Assembly: GCF_006345805.1 (NCBI RefSeq)
Contig: NC_043026.1
Coordinates: forward strand, 3,658,001-3,722,000
DNA length: 64,000 nucleotides
DNA from: Octopus sinensis
Taxonomy: Eukaryota
Direction of reading: 5' to 3'
Part shown: positions 1-47,124 of the stretch, in pieces
How positions within the stretch are numbered: position 1 is the stretch's first letter
Layout of the letters: each line of letters begins with the position of its first letter
Position numbers and translations under genes: made by a program
The notes under the pieces: model-generated
What the model was told of the DNA's origin: nothing
Seen by the model: the letters and a program-made list of their open reading frames with translations, nothing else
Databases searched by the model: none

Positions 1-1606
1 GCGCTGGCATCGGCCACATTTGGATGGTGCTCTTTACGTGCCACCGGCACAGGTGCCAGGTGAGGCTGGCAACGGCCACAATCGGATTGGTGCTTTTTAC
101 GTGCCACTGACGCAGAAGCCAGTCAAGGCGGCGCTGGCATCGGCCACATTTGGATGGTGCTCTTTACGTTGCACCGGCACAGGTGCCAGGTGAGGCTGGC
201 AACGGCCACAATCGGATTGGTGCTTTTTACGTTCCACTGGCACAGAAGCCAGTCAAGGCGCCGCTGGCATCGGCCACATTTGGATGGTGCTCTTTACGTG
301 CCACCGGCACAGGTGCCAGGTGAGGCTGGCAACGGCCACAATCGGATTGGTTGCTTTTTACGTGCCACTGACACAGAAGCCAGTCAAGGCGGCGCTGGCA
401 TCGTCCACATTTGGTGGGCTCTTTTACGTGCCACCGGCACAGGTGCAGATGAGGCTGGCAACGGCCACAATCGGATTGGTGCTTTTTATGTGCCAATGAC
501 ACAGAAGCCAGTCAAGCGGGCGGCATCGTCCACATTTGGATGGTGCTCTTTACGTGCCACCGGCACAGGTGCCAGTGAGGCTGGCAACGGCCACAATCGG
601 ATTGGTGCTTTTTACGTGCCACCGACACAGAAGCCAGTCAAGGCGGCGCTGGCATCGGCCACATTTGGATGGTGCTCTTTACGTGCCACCGGCACAGGTG
701 CCAGGTGAGGCTGGCAACGGCCACAATCGGATTGGTGCTTTTTACGTGCCACTGACACAGAAGCCAGTCAAGGCGGCGCTGGCATCGTCCACATTTGGAT
801 GGTGCTCTTTACGTGCCACCGGCACAGGTGCCAGGTGAGGCTGGCAACAGCCACAATCGGATTGGTGCTTTTTATGTGCCACTGACGCAGAAGCCAGTCA
901 AGGCGGCGCTGGCATCGGCCACATTTGGATGGTGCTCTTTACGTGCCACCGGCACAGGTGCCAGGTGAGGCTGGCAACGGCCACAATCGGATTGGTGCTT
1001 TTTACGTGCCACCGGCACAGAAGCCAGTCAAGGCGGTGCTGGCATCGGCCACATTTGGATGGTGCTCTTTACGTGCCACCGGCACAGGTGCCAGGTGAGG
1101 CTGGCAACGGCCACAATCGGATTGGTGCTTTTTACGTGCCACCGGCACAGAAGCCAGTCAAGGCGGTGCTGGCATCGGCCACATTTGGATGGTGCTCTTT
1201 ACGTGCCACCGGCACAGGTGCCAGATGAGGCTGGCAACGACCACAATCGGATTGGTGCTTTTTACATGCCACCGGCACAGAAGCCAGTCAAGGCGGCGCT
1301 GGCATCGGCCACATTTGGATGGTGCTCTTTACGTGCCACCGGCACAGGTGCCAGGTGAGGCTGGCAACGGCCACAATCGGATTGGTGCTTTTTACATGCC
1401 ACCGGCACAGAAGCCAGTCAAGGCGCCGCTGGCATCGGCCACATTTGGATGGTGCTCTTTACGTGCCACCGGCACAGGTGCCAGGTGAGGCTGGCAACGG
1501 CCACAATCGGATTGGTGCTTTTTACGTGCCACTGACACAGAAACCAGTCAAGGCGGCGCTGGCATCGGCCACGTTCGGAGGGTGGTTTTTACGTGCCACC
1601 GGCACA
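1..1606 (-). repeat. 130-bp tandem array (dimer of two ~65-bp subunits), ~12 copies, runs off the left edge
   Basis: gcgctggcat recurs at 1, 131, ...; both halves carry ggtgctNtttacgtgccac; related to the reverse complement of the 62-bp array at 12437. Confidence 0.95.
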
Positions 1607-1960
1607 AGGATCACAATAATTATTTAATTATTTCTAACATAGGCACAAGGCCTGAAATGATTTGTGGTTGGAGGGAACTGTTGATTATTGATTGAAACGA
1701 GAAGCTTGATTGCTGTTTTATCCTATTGACCCCAGAATGAAAGGCAAAGTTGACCTCAATGGAATTTGAACTCAGAACGTAAAGAACCGGAAGAAATATC
1801 ACAAAGCATTTTTATCAACACTCGAATGATTCTGGCAATATGTCGTGCTTGAGAAGACCTGTCAAGCCAAGTGAAATTGTAGTCATGGTTGATGATGGTG
1901 TCACGTAAATGGCACGCATGCCAGTGTCACATAAAGAGCACCATTTGAGCATTGGACCTC

Positions 1961-2776
1961 ACTGAGTTCCTTTTGAGTGTGGGGCCTCCTGGAAGCAAAG
2001 TGGCTGAGTTCCTTTTGAGCGTTGGGCCTCACGGAGGTAAAGTGGCTGAGTTCCTTTTGAGCGTTGGGCTTCCTGGAAGCAAAGTGACTGAGTTCCTTTT
2101 GAGCGTTGAGCCTCACAGAAGCAAAGTAGCTGAGTTCCTTTTGAGCGTTGGACTCACGGAGGCAAAGTGACTGAGTTCCTTTTATGCATTGAGCCTCACG
2201 GAGGCAAAGTAGCTGAGTTCCTTTTGAGCGTTGGGCCTCACGGAGGCAAAGTGACTGACTTCCTTTTGAGCGTTGGGCCTCACGGAGGCAAAGTGGCCGA
2301 GTTCCTTTTATGCATTGAGCCTCCCGGTGGGAAAGTAGCTGAGTTCCTTTTGAGCGTTGGGCCTCACGGAGGCAAAGTGACTGAGTTCCTTTTATGCATT
2401 GAGCCTCACGGAGGCAAAGTAGCTGAGTTCCTTTTGAGCGTTGGGCCTCACGGAGGCAAAGAGACTGACTTCCTTTTGAGCGTTGGGCCTCACGGAGGCA
2501 AAGTGGCCGAGTTCCTTTTATGCATTGAGCCTCCCGGTGGGAAAGTAGCTGAGTTCCTTTTGAGCGTTGGGCCTCACGGAGGCAAAGTGACTGACTTCCT
2601 TTTGAGCGTTGGGCTTCACGGAGGCAAAGTAGCCGAGTTCCTTTTGAGCGTTGGACCTCCCAGTGGCAGAGTGGCTGAGTTCCTTTTATGCATTGAGCCT
2701 CATGGAAGCAAAGTAGCCGAGTTCCTTTTGAGCGTTGTGCCTCCCGGAGGCAAAGTGGCCGAGTTCCTTTGAGCAT
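1961..2776. repeat. 42-bp minisatellite, ~19 copies
   Basis: Unit gagttccttttgagcgttgggcctcacggaggcaaagtRRct; produces the 14-aa pseudo-repeat ORFs. Confidence 0.95.
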
Positions 2777-3002
2777 TGTAGACTAGTCGAACTCTTTATA
2801 AAGAATAGAGGTTGGTAGTAGTCGGGAGCGTTTGGCAGTAGTTCATCGTTGGGCCCCCTTGTATTCTGTAAGCGTCGTAGACACCGTCATACTCAGGTTC
2901 CGAGTTCGCGCAAGTCGTTCGTTCACTCGTTTCATGTAATTGTAACGTTATTCTGTTGTTGTGTGTTTTTCCAACACTGCTTTTGCTGCCTTGCGGCGGT
3001 AA

Positions 3003-3337
3003 AAGGGTTAAGACCACCTTCGGTCATGAATGACCATGGGATTGCACCTAGAAAGTTACCCTCCCAGACACAAGTCCGGGCAAGGTTGTTTATGGAAGAC
3101 CAGCAGTCGCCCATGCATACCGGCCTCCCCTCTCCACGCTACCAGTGTTATCCAAGGGAAAGGCAAAGGGGGCCGATGCAGCTTGGCACCAGTGACGTCG
3201 CAACTCATTTATACAGCTGAGTGAACTGAAGCAACGTGAAATAAAGTGCCTTGCTCAAGAACACAACATGCAGCCAGGTCCGGGATTTGAGCTCACAACC
3301 TCACGATCGTAAGTTCGACGCTCTAACCACTGAGCCA
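3003..3337 (-). mobile_element. tRNA-derived SINE
   Basis: Minus strand starts tggctcagtggttagagcg (A box), then a tRNA-like T arm and cttgagcaaggcactttatttcac central domain; 3' limit approximate. Confidence 0.75.
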
Positions 3338-3579
3338 TACTGCTAACATTTTTCCCTCGGTTGAAGGGGAAAGCGGTGTGAATGCTGAGATGGACTATGA
3401 GAGGTCTTAGTTCGTCCCCTTATTGACCTCATCCGAGAAGGACCTGAGAAGTCTGGAGGGGACTGACAAAGTAATAGAAGAAAGGAAGAAAACGATCTTC
3501 GCAGCTGAGGCTGGTGATAAGAAAGAAGAAATCTGTGTGTCGCTATGCGCGTATATTAGACGTGTGTGTGGGGTAGCAT

Positions 3580-3668
3580 GAGAGTATGTGCGTGTATAGA
3601 CATGTGCATGAAGCTTTTTTGTGCGAGCGTGTGTATGCGGGTATATATATATATGTTATATATATATA

Positions 3669-3745
<77 letters not shown>

Positions 3746-3891
3746 GTGTGTGTGTGTATATAGTATTTTTGTATATTCTATATATATAATATAATATATA
3801 TATGTAATATATATTATTATATATATATATGTATATGTATCTATATATATATATTATATATATGTATATATATAATATATTATATATATAT

Positions 3892-3924
<33 letters not shown>

Positions 3925-4090
3925 GTATATTATATATATATAATTTTTGGCGAATGTGTGGGCATGTGTGTGTTTCAAGTGAGGGTGGATGAGTATATAC
4001 ATAAGACACATGTTACGTGATATATATTACATATATATATATGTATGCATGTATGTATGTATGTATGTATGTATGTATATGTATGTGTGT

Positions 4091-4163
<73 letters not shown>

Positions 4164-4437
4164 AATAATATTTTTATATGTATATATATATATATATAAT
4201 ATGTATATATATATGTATGAAAAGTTTGCAAGCACGGTAGTAAACGAAATAATAACATGTATATATATATTGTATATATATATGTGTGTATATATATATG
4301 TATATATTTATTATGTATATTATATATGTATATATATGTATGTATGTATATATATATATATTATATATATATATATTATATATATATATATAATGTAATA
4401 TATATATATGGTGTGATATATATATGTGTATATTATA

Positions 4438-4489
<52 letters not shown>

Positions 4490-4757
4490 CATATATCCAT
4501 CCACTGAAAGTTGAGAGCACGGTAGTAAACGAATAATAAGATGCTACAGGTTAAGGTGGAAGACAAATCCGAGTTCGCCATTCAAACACAGCAACAATAG
4601 AAACACACACATTATTATTTTTCTAGAGAAATATATAAACATACTTAGAGTAGGACTTCGCCTCAGCTAACGCCACACACAGCAAAATTAAGAGGGCTTT
4701 CATAATGCACACTTGTCCTCTATGATGAAAAAGAAACTAGCGTTACACTTAACAAAC

Positions 4758-4807
<50 letters not shown>

Positions 4808-5260
4808 ATATATTATATGTATGTATATATATAATATATATATATATATGTGTATATATATATATTATGTATATATATATATATATATGATGTATGTATA
4901 TATATATAGAATATATATATTATGTAAATATATATATATATATATATATGTGGTGTGTATATATATATATGTATTGTATATATATATATATATGTATGTA
5001 TGTATATATATATATGTATATATATATATTATATATATATATATATATATGATGTATGTATGTATGTATGTATATAAACCATATGTGTGCGTACGTCTTT
5101 TGTTTATTTTCTCACACCTGTTGTCTCTCAATGCATTATCTTACCCAAAAGGATTAGAAATTTCCCAAAACATACACATATATACATATGTGCACATACA
5201 CACTCACTCACATGCACACACATACACCCACGTATATAAATGTGGCACTATATAAAAATT
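3580..5260. repeat. (TA)n/(TG)n/(CA)n microsatellite field; similar fields occur throughout the introns
   Basis: Direct reading; source of the YIYIYI ORFs. Confidence 0.95.
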
Positions 5261-5641
5261 TTCCTAATCAGAGAAACAATATTGAGCACCCACCAAACAA
5301 AAATCTATAATATAAATCTCGTTGTTTGTGTGTGTGGTGTGAGGATAAAATTCTTTTCGAAAAAAAATATTTTCTCGAAAAAAATGTTATCAATGGCCAG
5401 CATATTATAAGGGCCATAGTTTTCAACTGATTTTCTCCAAACTGGGAACATACATAATTTATGTTCCGTGGATGGTTTTAGACTCTTAGAATTATTCACG
5501 TAATGAGTAACAGCCACACGGGAGCAGAAAACGCCCATTCCTGGATTACGTTGACAAGGGAGGCAACTCTTTACGAAGTAACTTTAAGAAATCGTCTCTT
5601 TTACATCCATTGGTCATAAATATATTGCTCTTTCTATTAGA

Positions 5642-6025
5642 CTAGCAGTATCGCCCGGCGTTGCTCAGGTTTGTAAGGGAAATAACTATAAAGCATTTTT
5701 AGTGAGTTATAGCCAAAAAATAGCAAAAAAATGGAAAAAAAATGATGGTAAATTTTTTTGAGAGTTAAAAAAGGTGGAGTTGCGTCCCCTAGACGGTCTG
5801 TGTTTTGGGTTTCTGATTCTCGACCCCATGTCGAATTTATCGATTTTTTTCAGAACTGGGGAACTTTCAAAATTTTCGCTGCGTTAGTTTTTTGAATTAT
5901 GACATTGGGCTATGTGTGTGTCAAGTTTCATCAGAATCGGTTGAAAGCCGTGGTCAGGATAAGGGTACAACCTAACAGACACACAGAAACACACACAGAC
6001 AAACTGCCGTTTATATAGAGAGAGA
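5642..6025 (-). mobile_element. Non-autonomous Helitron-like element
   Basis: Minus strand 5' TC(TCTC)TATATAAACGGCAG, 3' GC-rich hairpin + CTAG, between A and T. Confidence 0.75.
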
Positions 6026-6384
6026 TTACAGAGATGCCCAGCCTTTCTTAGTATTTTACTTGTTTCAGTCATGTGACTGCGGCCATGCTGGAGCACCGTC
6101 GTTGGTCAAACAAATCGACCACAGGATTTATTCTTTGTAAGCCTAGTACTTATTCTATCAGTGATTTTTATCGAACCGCTAAGTTATGGGAATGCAAGTA
6201 CAACAACATCGATTGTCAAGCAATGGCGGGGGTACAAACATAGACATAACACACAAATATACACATATATACGACAGTCTTCATTCAGCTTTCGTATACG
6301 AAATCCATTCGTCAAGACTTTGTTCAGCTTGAGACAATAATATATATTTATGGATATATATATATATATATGGATATATATATA

Positions 6385-6763
6385 GGCGCAGGAGTGGCTG
6401 TGTGGTAAGTAGCTTGCTAACCAACCACATGGTTCCGGGTTCAGTCCCACTGCGTGGCATCTTGGGCAAGTGTCTTCTGCTGCAGCCCCGGGCCGACCAT
6501 GCCTTGTGAGTGGATTTGGTAGACGGAACTGAAAGAAGCCGTCGTATATATGTATGTGTGTGTGTGTTTGTGTGTCTGTGTTTGTCCTCCTAGCATTGCT
6601 TGACAACCGATGCTGGTGTGTGTTACGCGTCCGTCACTTAGCGGTTCGGCAAAAAGAGACCGATAGAATAGTACTGGGCTTACAAAAGAATAAGTCCTGG
6701 GGTCGATTTGCTTGATTAAAGCGGTGCTCCAGCATGGCCGCAGTCAAGTAAAAGAGTAAAAGA

Positions 6764-6765
<2 letters not shown>
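6385..6765 (+). mobile_element. Full-length tRNA-derived SINE, family A (partial inverted copy at ~6050-6332)
   Basis: ggcgcaggagtggctgtgtggtaag head, ggttcagtccc B box, internal microsatellite, gtaaaaga tail; many copies in the window. Confidence 0.85.
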
Positions 6766-6808
<43 letters not shown>

Positions 6809-7091
6809 ATTACAGAAACGTTTTGTTTGCTTCATAGATTATCTCAAGGTATTTGACTGACCGCATACACCACGGAGCTCATCACCTCCTAAAAAAACTG
6901 GCTTGAAAGGAAGGGACACCTGAATCATCTGTGTGTTATATTGGAGCTTATAATTGCCAATGGTGTCTTCTCAGGAAACTGTATGTATTGAAACACGTTT
7001 ACGGTGTTCATCAATGGTTAAAACCTACCCTTCTGTTGTTTGTTCCTTCTCGAGCTACGCTGGCTCATAAGGGCCGGTTCCCCGTCTGGTT

Positions 7092-7191
7092 NNNNNNNNN
7101 NNNNNNNNNNNNNNNNNNNNNNNNNNNNNNNNNNNNNNNNNNNNNNNNNNNNNNNNNNNNNNNNNNNNNNNNNNNNNNNNNNNNNNNNNNN
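7092..7191. other. Assembly gap (100 N, probably a placeholder of unknown size)
   Basis: Exactly 100 N. Confidence 0.98.
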
Positions 7192-7473
7192 CTCTTTTGC
7201 CGAACCGCTAAGTAACGGGACATAAACACACCAGCATTGGTTGTCAAGCAATGCTAGGGGGACAAATCCCAGCAATGCCATCACGCTTCAGGACCAGTTA
7301 CTGCAACAACCTGGTTTCAAGGGCCCACAGCTTTTTAATATTCTCCCAAAGAGTCTGAAAGAAACTTGCACAAAGTCAGTCCTCTAAATTTTGTATATAT
7401 ATATATATATATATATATCATCATCATATCATCATCGTTTAACGTCCGCTTTCATGCTAGCATGGGTTGGACT

Positions 7474-7525
<52 letters not shown>

Positions 7526-7859
7526 AATAATAACATTAGGGAGTAAATCCAAACTTACAGGGAAAAATTAGATTTAGGATTAAATCAAATTTTACAGTAT
7601 AAATATAAATTAAATTAGAGATAAAAACCACTATTAGGCAAACCAAACAGTGAAAAACATGAACTAAAACATAAAAATAAAAATAATTAATATAATTTAT
7701 ATATTTTGTATATTATATTAATAATTTTTATTTTTATGTTTTGGTTCATGTTTTTCACTGTTTGATTTGCCTAATAGTGGTTTTATCTCTAATTTAATTT
7801 ATATGTATATACAATATATATATATATATACACACAATATATATGGGGTCTTTCAAAAT

Positions 7860-8060
7860 GTGACCTCGTGTGTACTGTTGGTGATTTTTTTCCCTCTGTC
7901 TTCCCTTCTCGGGATCTTTCCTTCTCCTATGTTTCTGACGAAGAGCTCCGCTCAAAACGTTAAACCCTCCTTCTTTCCTTAGCGTCCAATAATACTATAT
8001 TTGTTCCACGTCCTCGCGTTGTGTGTGTTCTTTTGTGCTTTCTTGTTGGATTAACTTACA
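7860..8060 (+). mobile_element. Penelope-like element terminal fragment with hammerhead-like motif (second copy ~32225-32430)
   Basis: ctgacgaagagctccgctcaaaacgtt; near-identical copy at 32298-32332. Penelope link inferred from the known PLE-hammerhead association. Confidence 0.55.
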
Positions 8061-8078
8061 AATATATGTATATATATA

Positions 8079-8110
<32 letters not shown>

Positions 8111-8130
8111 TAATATATATATATATATTA

Positions 8131-8174
<44 letters not shown>

Positions 8175-8206
8175 TAAATATATATATCTATTTTTCTATC
8201 TATATA

Positions 8207-8241
<35 letters not shown>

Positions 8242-8297
8242 CTCACACACCTATCTATCTCATCTAATCACCCACCATCATTTTGTTTATTACACAG

Positions 8298-42124
<33,827 letters not shown>

Positions 42125-42165
42125 AAAAAACGCACACCCCTATATTAGAATTTTTGAGGAAATGG

Positions 42166-42199
42166 AATAAATTAATTATTTGAACAAATTGAAAATAAA
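42166..42199 (+). promoter_or_regulatory. Candidate polyadenylation signals (AATAAA at 42166-42171 and 42194-42199)
   Basis: Two hexamers 40-75 nt after the stop codon, followed by T-rich sequence. Confidence 0.5.
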
Positions 42200-42302
42200 A
42201 TGTAAAACTTGAAACTTTTTTTGTCATGTTATCTTTTACTTGTCTCTGAATTTATCACCTATACATACATATACATCATCACCGTCATCATCATCATCAT
42301 AA

Positions 42303-45284
42303 CCCTTTTGTTACCATACCTCTGTTGAGATGCTCTGTGTTTCTTTCAATTAATTGTAAATATAACAACGAATTTAGTAAAATAACTTAGTTATCATTAA
42401 GCTAGTGTTAGGAACATAAATTGTGACTAAGGTTTGGTGGAAGATTTTAATTCAGAACTTAAGAAAACAAGACATTTGTACTACAGAGCCAGATGTGGTT
42501 TCAGCCAGGTTGGTAACGAAAGGGTTAAGAATTGCTTCTCTATTATATATTTTAACCCTCTTGTTACCGTATTTATTTTGAGATGCTCTGTGTTTCTTCC
42601 AATTACTTTAAATATAACAAAGAATTTAGTAAAATAACTTTGTTATCATTAAGCTAGTGTTAGGAATATAAATTGTGACTAAGGAATGGTGGAAGATTAT
42701 AATTCAAAACTTATGAAAACAAGACATTTGTACTACAGAGCCAGATGTGGTTTCAGCCAGGTTGGTAACGAAAGGGTTAAGAATTGCTTCTCTATTATAT
42801 TTTACCCTCTTGTTACCATACCTCTGTTGAGATGCTCTGAGTTTCTTTCAATATTTCTAAATATAACAAAGAATTTAGTAAAATAACTTAGTTATCATTT
42901 AGCTGGTGTTAGGAACATAAATTGTGACTAAGGTTTGGTGGAAGATTTTAATTCAAAACTTATGAAAACAAGACAATGTAGTCAGAGCCAGAGCCGGTTT
43001 CAACCAGGTTGGTAACAAAAGGGTTAAGAATTGTTTCTCTATTATATATTTTAACCCTTTTGTTACCATACCTCTGTTGAGATGCTCTGTGTTTCTTTCA
43101 ATTACTTTAAATATAACAACGAATTTAGTTAAATAACTCAGTTATCATTCAGCTAGTGTTAGGAACATAAATTGTGACTAAGGTTTGGTGGAAGATTTTA
43201 ATTCAGAACTTAAGAAAACAAGACATTTGTACTACAGAGCCAGATGTGGTTTCAGCCAGGTTGGTAACGAAAGGGTTAAGAATGCTTCTCTATTATATTT
43301 TAACCCTCTTGTTACCATACCTCTGTTGAGATGCTCTGTGTTTCTTCCAATTACTTTAATATAACAAAGAATTTAGTAAAATAACTTTGTTATCATTAAG
43401 CTAGTGTTAGGAATATAAATTGTGACTAAGGAATGGTGGAAGATTTATAATTCAAAATTATGAAAACAAGACATTTGTACTACAGAGCCAGATGTGGTTT
43501 CAGCCAGGTTGGTAACGAAAGGGTTAAGAATTGCTTCTCTATTATATTTTAACCCTCTTGTTACCATACCTCTGTTGAGATGCTCTGAGTTTCTTTCAAT
43601 ATTTCTAAATATAACAAAGAATTTAGTAAAATAACTTAGTTATCATTTAGCTGGTGTTAGGAACATAAATTGTGACTAAGGTTTGGTGGAAGATTTTAAT
43701 TCAAAACTTATGAAAACAAGACAATTGTAGTCAGAGCCAGAGCCGGTTTCAACCAGGTTGGTAACAAAAGGGTTAAGAATTGTTTCTCTATTATATATTT
43801 TAACCCTTTTGTTACCATACCTCTGTTGAGATGCTCTGTGTTTCTTTCAATTACTTTAAATATAACAACGAATTTAGTTAAATAACTCAGTTATCATTCA
43901 GCTAGTGTTAGGAACATAAATTGTGACTAAGGTTTGGTGGAAGATTTTAATTCAGAACTTAAGAAAACAAGACATTTGTACTACAGAGCCAGATGTGGTT
44001 TCAGCCAGGTTGGTAACGAAAGGGTTAAGAATTGCTTCTCTATTATATTTTAACCCTCTTGTTACCATACCTCTGTTGAGATGCTCTGTGTTTCTTCCAA
44101 TTACTTTAAATATAACAAAGAATTTAGTAAAATAACTTTGTTATCATTAAGCTAGTGTTAGGAATATAAATTGTGACTAAGGAATGGTGGAAGATTTATA
44201 ATTCAAAACTTATGAAAGCAAGACATTTGTACTACAGAGCCAGAGATGGTTTCAACCAGGCTGGTATCAAAAGGGTTAAGAATTGTTTCTCTATTATATA
44301 TTTTAACCCTCTTGTTACTATATTTCTGTTGAGATGCTCTGTATTTCTTTCAATTAATTTTAAATATAACAAAGAATTTAGTAAAATAATATCGTTATCA
44401 TTGAGCTAGTGTTAGGAACATAAATTGTGACTAAGGTTTGGTGGAAGATTTTAATTCAGAACTTAAGAAAACAAGACATTTGTACTACAGAGCCAGATGT
44501 GGTTTCAGCCAGGTTGGTAACGAAAGGGTTAAGAATTGCTTCTCTATTATATATTTTAACCCTCTTGTTACCGTATTTATTTTGAGATGCTCTGTGTTTC
44601 TTCCAATTACTTTAAATATAACAAAGAATTTAGTAAAATAACTTTGTTATCATTAAGCTAGTGTTAGGAATATAAATTGTGACTAAGGAATGGTGGAAGA
44701 TTTATAATTCAAAACTTATGAAAACAAGACATTTGTACTACAGAGCCAGATGTGGTTTCAGCCAGGTTGGTAACGAAAGGGTTAAGAATTGCTTCTCTAT
44801 TATATATTTTAACCCTTTTGTTACCGTATTTATTTTGAGATGCTCTGTGTTTCTTCCAATTACTTTAAATATAACAAAGAATTTAGTAAAATAACTTTGT
44901 TATCATTAAGCTAGTGTTAGGAATATAAATTGTGACTAAGGAATGGTGGAAGATTTATAATTCAAAACTTATGAAAACAAGACATTTGTACTACAGAGCC
45001 AGATGTGGTTTCAGCCAGGTTGGTAACGAAAGGGTTAAGAATTGCTTCTCTATTATATTTTAACCCTCTTGTTACCATACCTCTGTTGAGATGCTCTGAG
45101 TTTCTTTCAATATTTCTAAATATAACAAAGAATTTAGTAAAATAACTTAGTTATCATTCAGCTGGTGTTAGGAACATAAATTGTGACTAAGGTTTGGTGG
45201 AAGATTTTAATTCAGAACTTACGAAAACAAGACATTTGTACAACAGAATCAGAGGTGGTTTCAGCCAGGTTGGTAACAAAAGGG
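42303..45284. mobile_element. Array of 12 head-to-tail piggyBac-type MITE copies (~250-bp period), inverted relative to 28864-29412
   Basis: Each unit ccctYttgttacc...ggtaacRaaaggg; spacer ttaa-gaattgYttctctattatatatt-ttaa. Confidence 0.9.
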
Positions 45285-45330
45285 TTATCTTGCAGTGTGC
45301 AAGATAACTGAGTGACTCAAGGTCTGAGAG

Positions 45331-45606
45331 TTACTCTGTTACATCTGCTAAATATTGGGTCATCCCATAAATTCCGTTTTCAGCTAAAATATACTCTCCT
45401 TCATTTCCTACAATGCATCTATCTGGTAGACTTGCAACGGGCTTTATCCAAAACTCACTTGTCCGAGACGAAAAATGTTCCTCCAATACTGTTCCGACCT
45501 CGTCTACAGAATTCATATTTTTTTCATCCAAATGATTTTGAAGACTGCAAAATAAATAATAATCCGATGAGGCAATGTCTAACGAATTTTGTGGGTGAGG
45601 CATCAT
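45331..45606 (-). mobile_element. Degenerate mariner transposase C-terminal fragment
   Basis: PHPQNSLDIASSDYYLFCSLQNHL resembles the PYSPDLAPSDYHLF motif. Confidence 0.75.
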
Positions 45607-45874
45607 TTCCCATTCAAACTTGTTATACTCTTACGACTTCAATACCAAAGTATGGCTGATATTGTCGACGATAAACAATACACTGTAACAGTGTTATAAC
45701 GATACAAAATAGAAACAGCAGCAGTAACAAACACATGGAGGCACAATGGCTCAGTGGTTAGGGCAGCGGACTTGCAGTTGGAGAATCGTGGTTTCAATTC
45801 TCAGACCGGGCGTTGTGTGTGTTTATTGAGCGATGGTGGTGTGTTTACATCCCCATAACTTAATGGTTCAGCAA

Positions 45875-47010
45875 AAGACACTGACAGAATAAGTAATAGG
45901 CTTACAAGGAATAAGTCCTGGGGTCGATTTGCTCGACTAAAAGGCGGTGCTCCAGCATGGCCACAGTCAAAAAACTGAAACAAGTAAAAGAGGCCGATAG
46001 AATAAGTACTAGGCTTACAAAGAATAAGTCCTGGGTTCGATTTCCTTGACTAAAAGGCGGTGCTCCAGCATGGCCGCAGTCAAATGACTGAAACAAGTAA
46101 AAGAGGCCGATAGAATAAGTACTAGGCTAACAAAGAATAAGTCCTGGGGTCGATTTGCTCGACTAAAGGTGGTGCTCCAGCATGGCCACAGTTAAATGAC
46201 TGAAACAAGTAAAAGAGACCGATAGAATAAGTACTAGGCTTACAAAGAATAAGTCCTGGGGTTGATTTTCTTGACTAAAAGGCGGTGCTCCAGCATGGCC
46301 GCAATCAAATGACTGAAACAAGTAAAAGAGACCGATAGAATAAGTACTAGGCTTACAAAGAATAAGTCCTGGGGTCGATTTGCTCGACTAAAGGTGGTGC
46401 TCCAGCATGGCCACAGTTAAATGACTGAAACAAGTAAAAGAGACCGATAGAATAAGTACTAGGCTTACAAAGAATAAGTCCTGGGGTCGATTTGCTTGAC
46501 TAAAAGGCGGTGCTCCAGCATGGCCGCAGTCAAATGACTGAAACAAGTAAAAGAGGCCGATAGAATAAGTACTAGGCTTACAAAGAATAAGTCCTGGGGT
46601 CGATTTGCTCGACTAAAGGTGGTGCTCCAGCATGGCCACAGTTAAATGACTGAAACAAGTAAAAGAGACCGATAGAATAAGTACTAGGCTTACAAAGAAT
46701 AAGTCCTGGGGTTGATTTTCTTGACTAAAAGGCGGTGCTCCAGCATGGCCGCAATCAAATGACTGAAACAAGTAAAAGAGACCGATAGAATAAGTACTAG
46801 GCTTACAAAGAATAAGTCCTGGGGTCGATTTGCTCGACTAAAGGTGGTGCTCCAGCATGGCCACAGTTAAATGACTGAAACAAGTAAAAGAGACCGATAG
46901 AATAAGTACTAGGCTTACAAAGAATAAGTCCTGGGGTCGATTTGCTTGACTAAAAGGCGGTGCTCCAGCATGGCCACAGTCAAATGACTGAAACAAGTAA
47001 AAGAGTGAAA
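45875..47010 (+). repeat. ~10 tandem copies of the ~112-bp SINE family A 3' unit, largely alternating variants
   Basis: gatagaataagtactaggc about every 112-113 bp; ggcggtg/ggtggtg variants mostly alternate. Confidence 0.9.
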
Positions 47011-47124
47011 GAGATACATAAAGAATAAACTTTAACAATACGAAATAGAAACAGCAGCTATAGCAAACACATAACGAACCAACAGTCAATATTTCCAAAA
47101 CACTAACTTGAACTGTGAACTGTA

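Noticed and set aside
154-1627. Repeating 99-184 aa ORFs (MVLFTCHRHR...)
   Set aside because: Translations of the 130-bp tandem repeat; the frame shifts with each unit and no splice or domain support exists
1901-2776. 291-aa and 201-aa ORFs with 14-aa repeats
   Set aside because: A 42-bp unit is a multiple of 3 and stays open on both strands by chance; no start or splice context
1-2776. CRISPR-like appearance of regular repeats (also 42303-45284 and 52322-62504)
   Set aside because: No unique spacers, no cas genes, eukaryotic context
3345-3535. Possible upstream exon, and a minus-strand hammerhead remnant (CGGATGA...GAAC)
   Set aside because: No LLTP-like translation, weak splice sites; the core has two or more defects
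3566-5255. YIYIYI/CVCV ORFs here and throughout
   Set aside because: Translations of (TA)n, (TG)n and (CA)n microsatellites
6826-6910. Possible LINE RT remnant (CFIDL-SKVFD-like)
   Set aside because: Needs several frameshifts; too short to support as a feature
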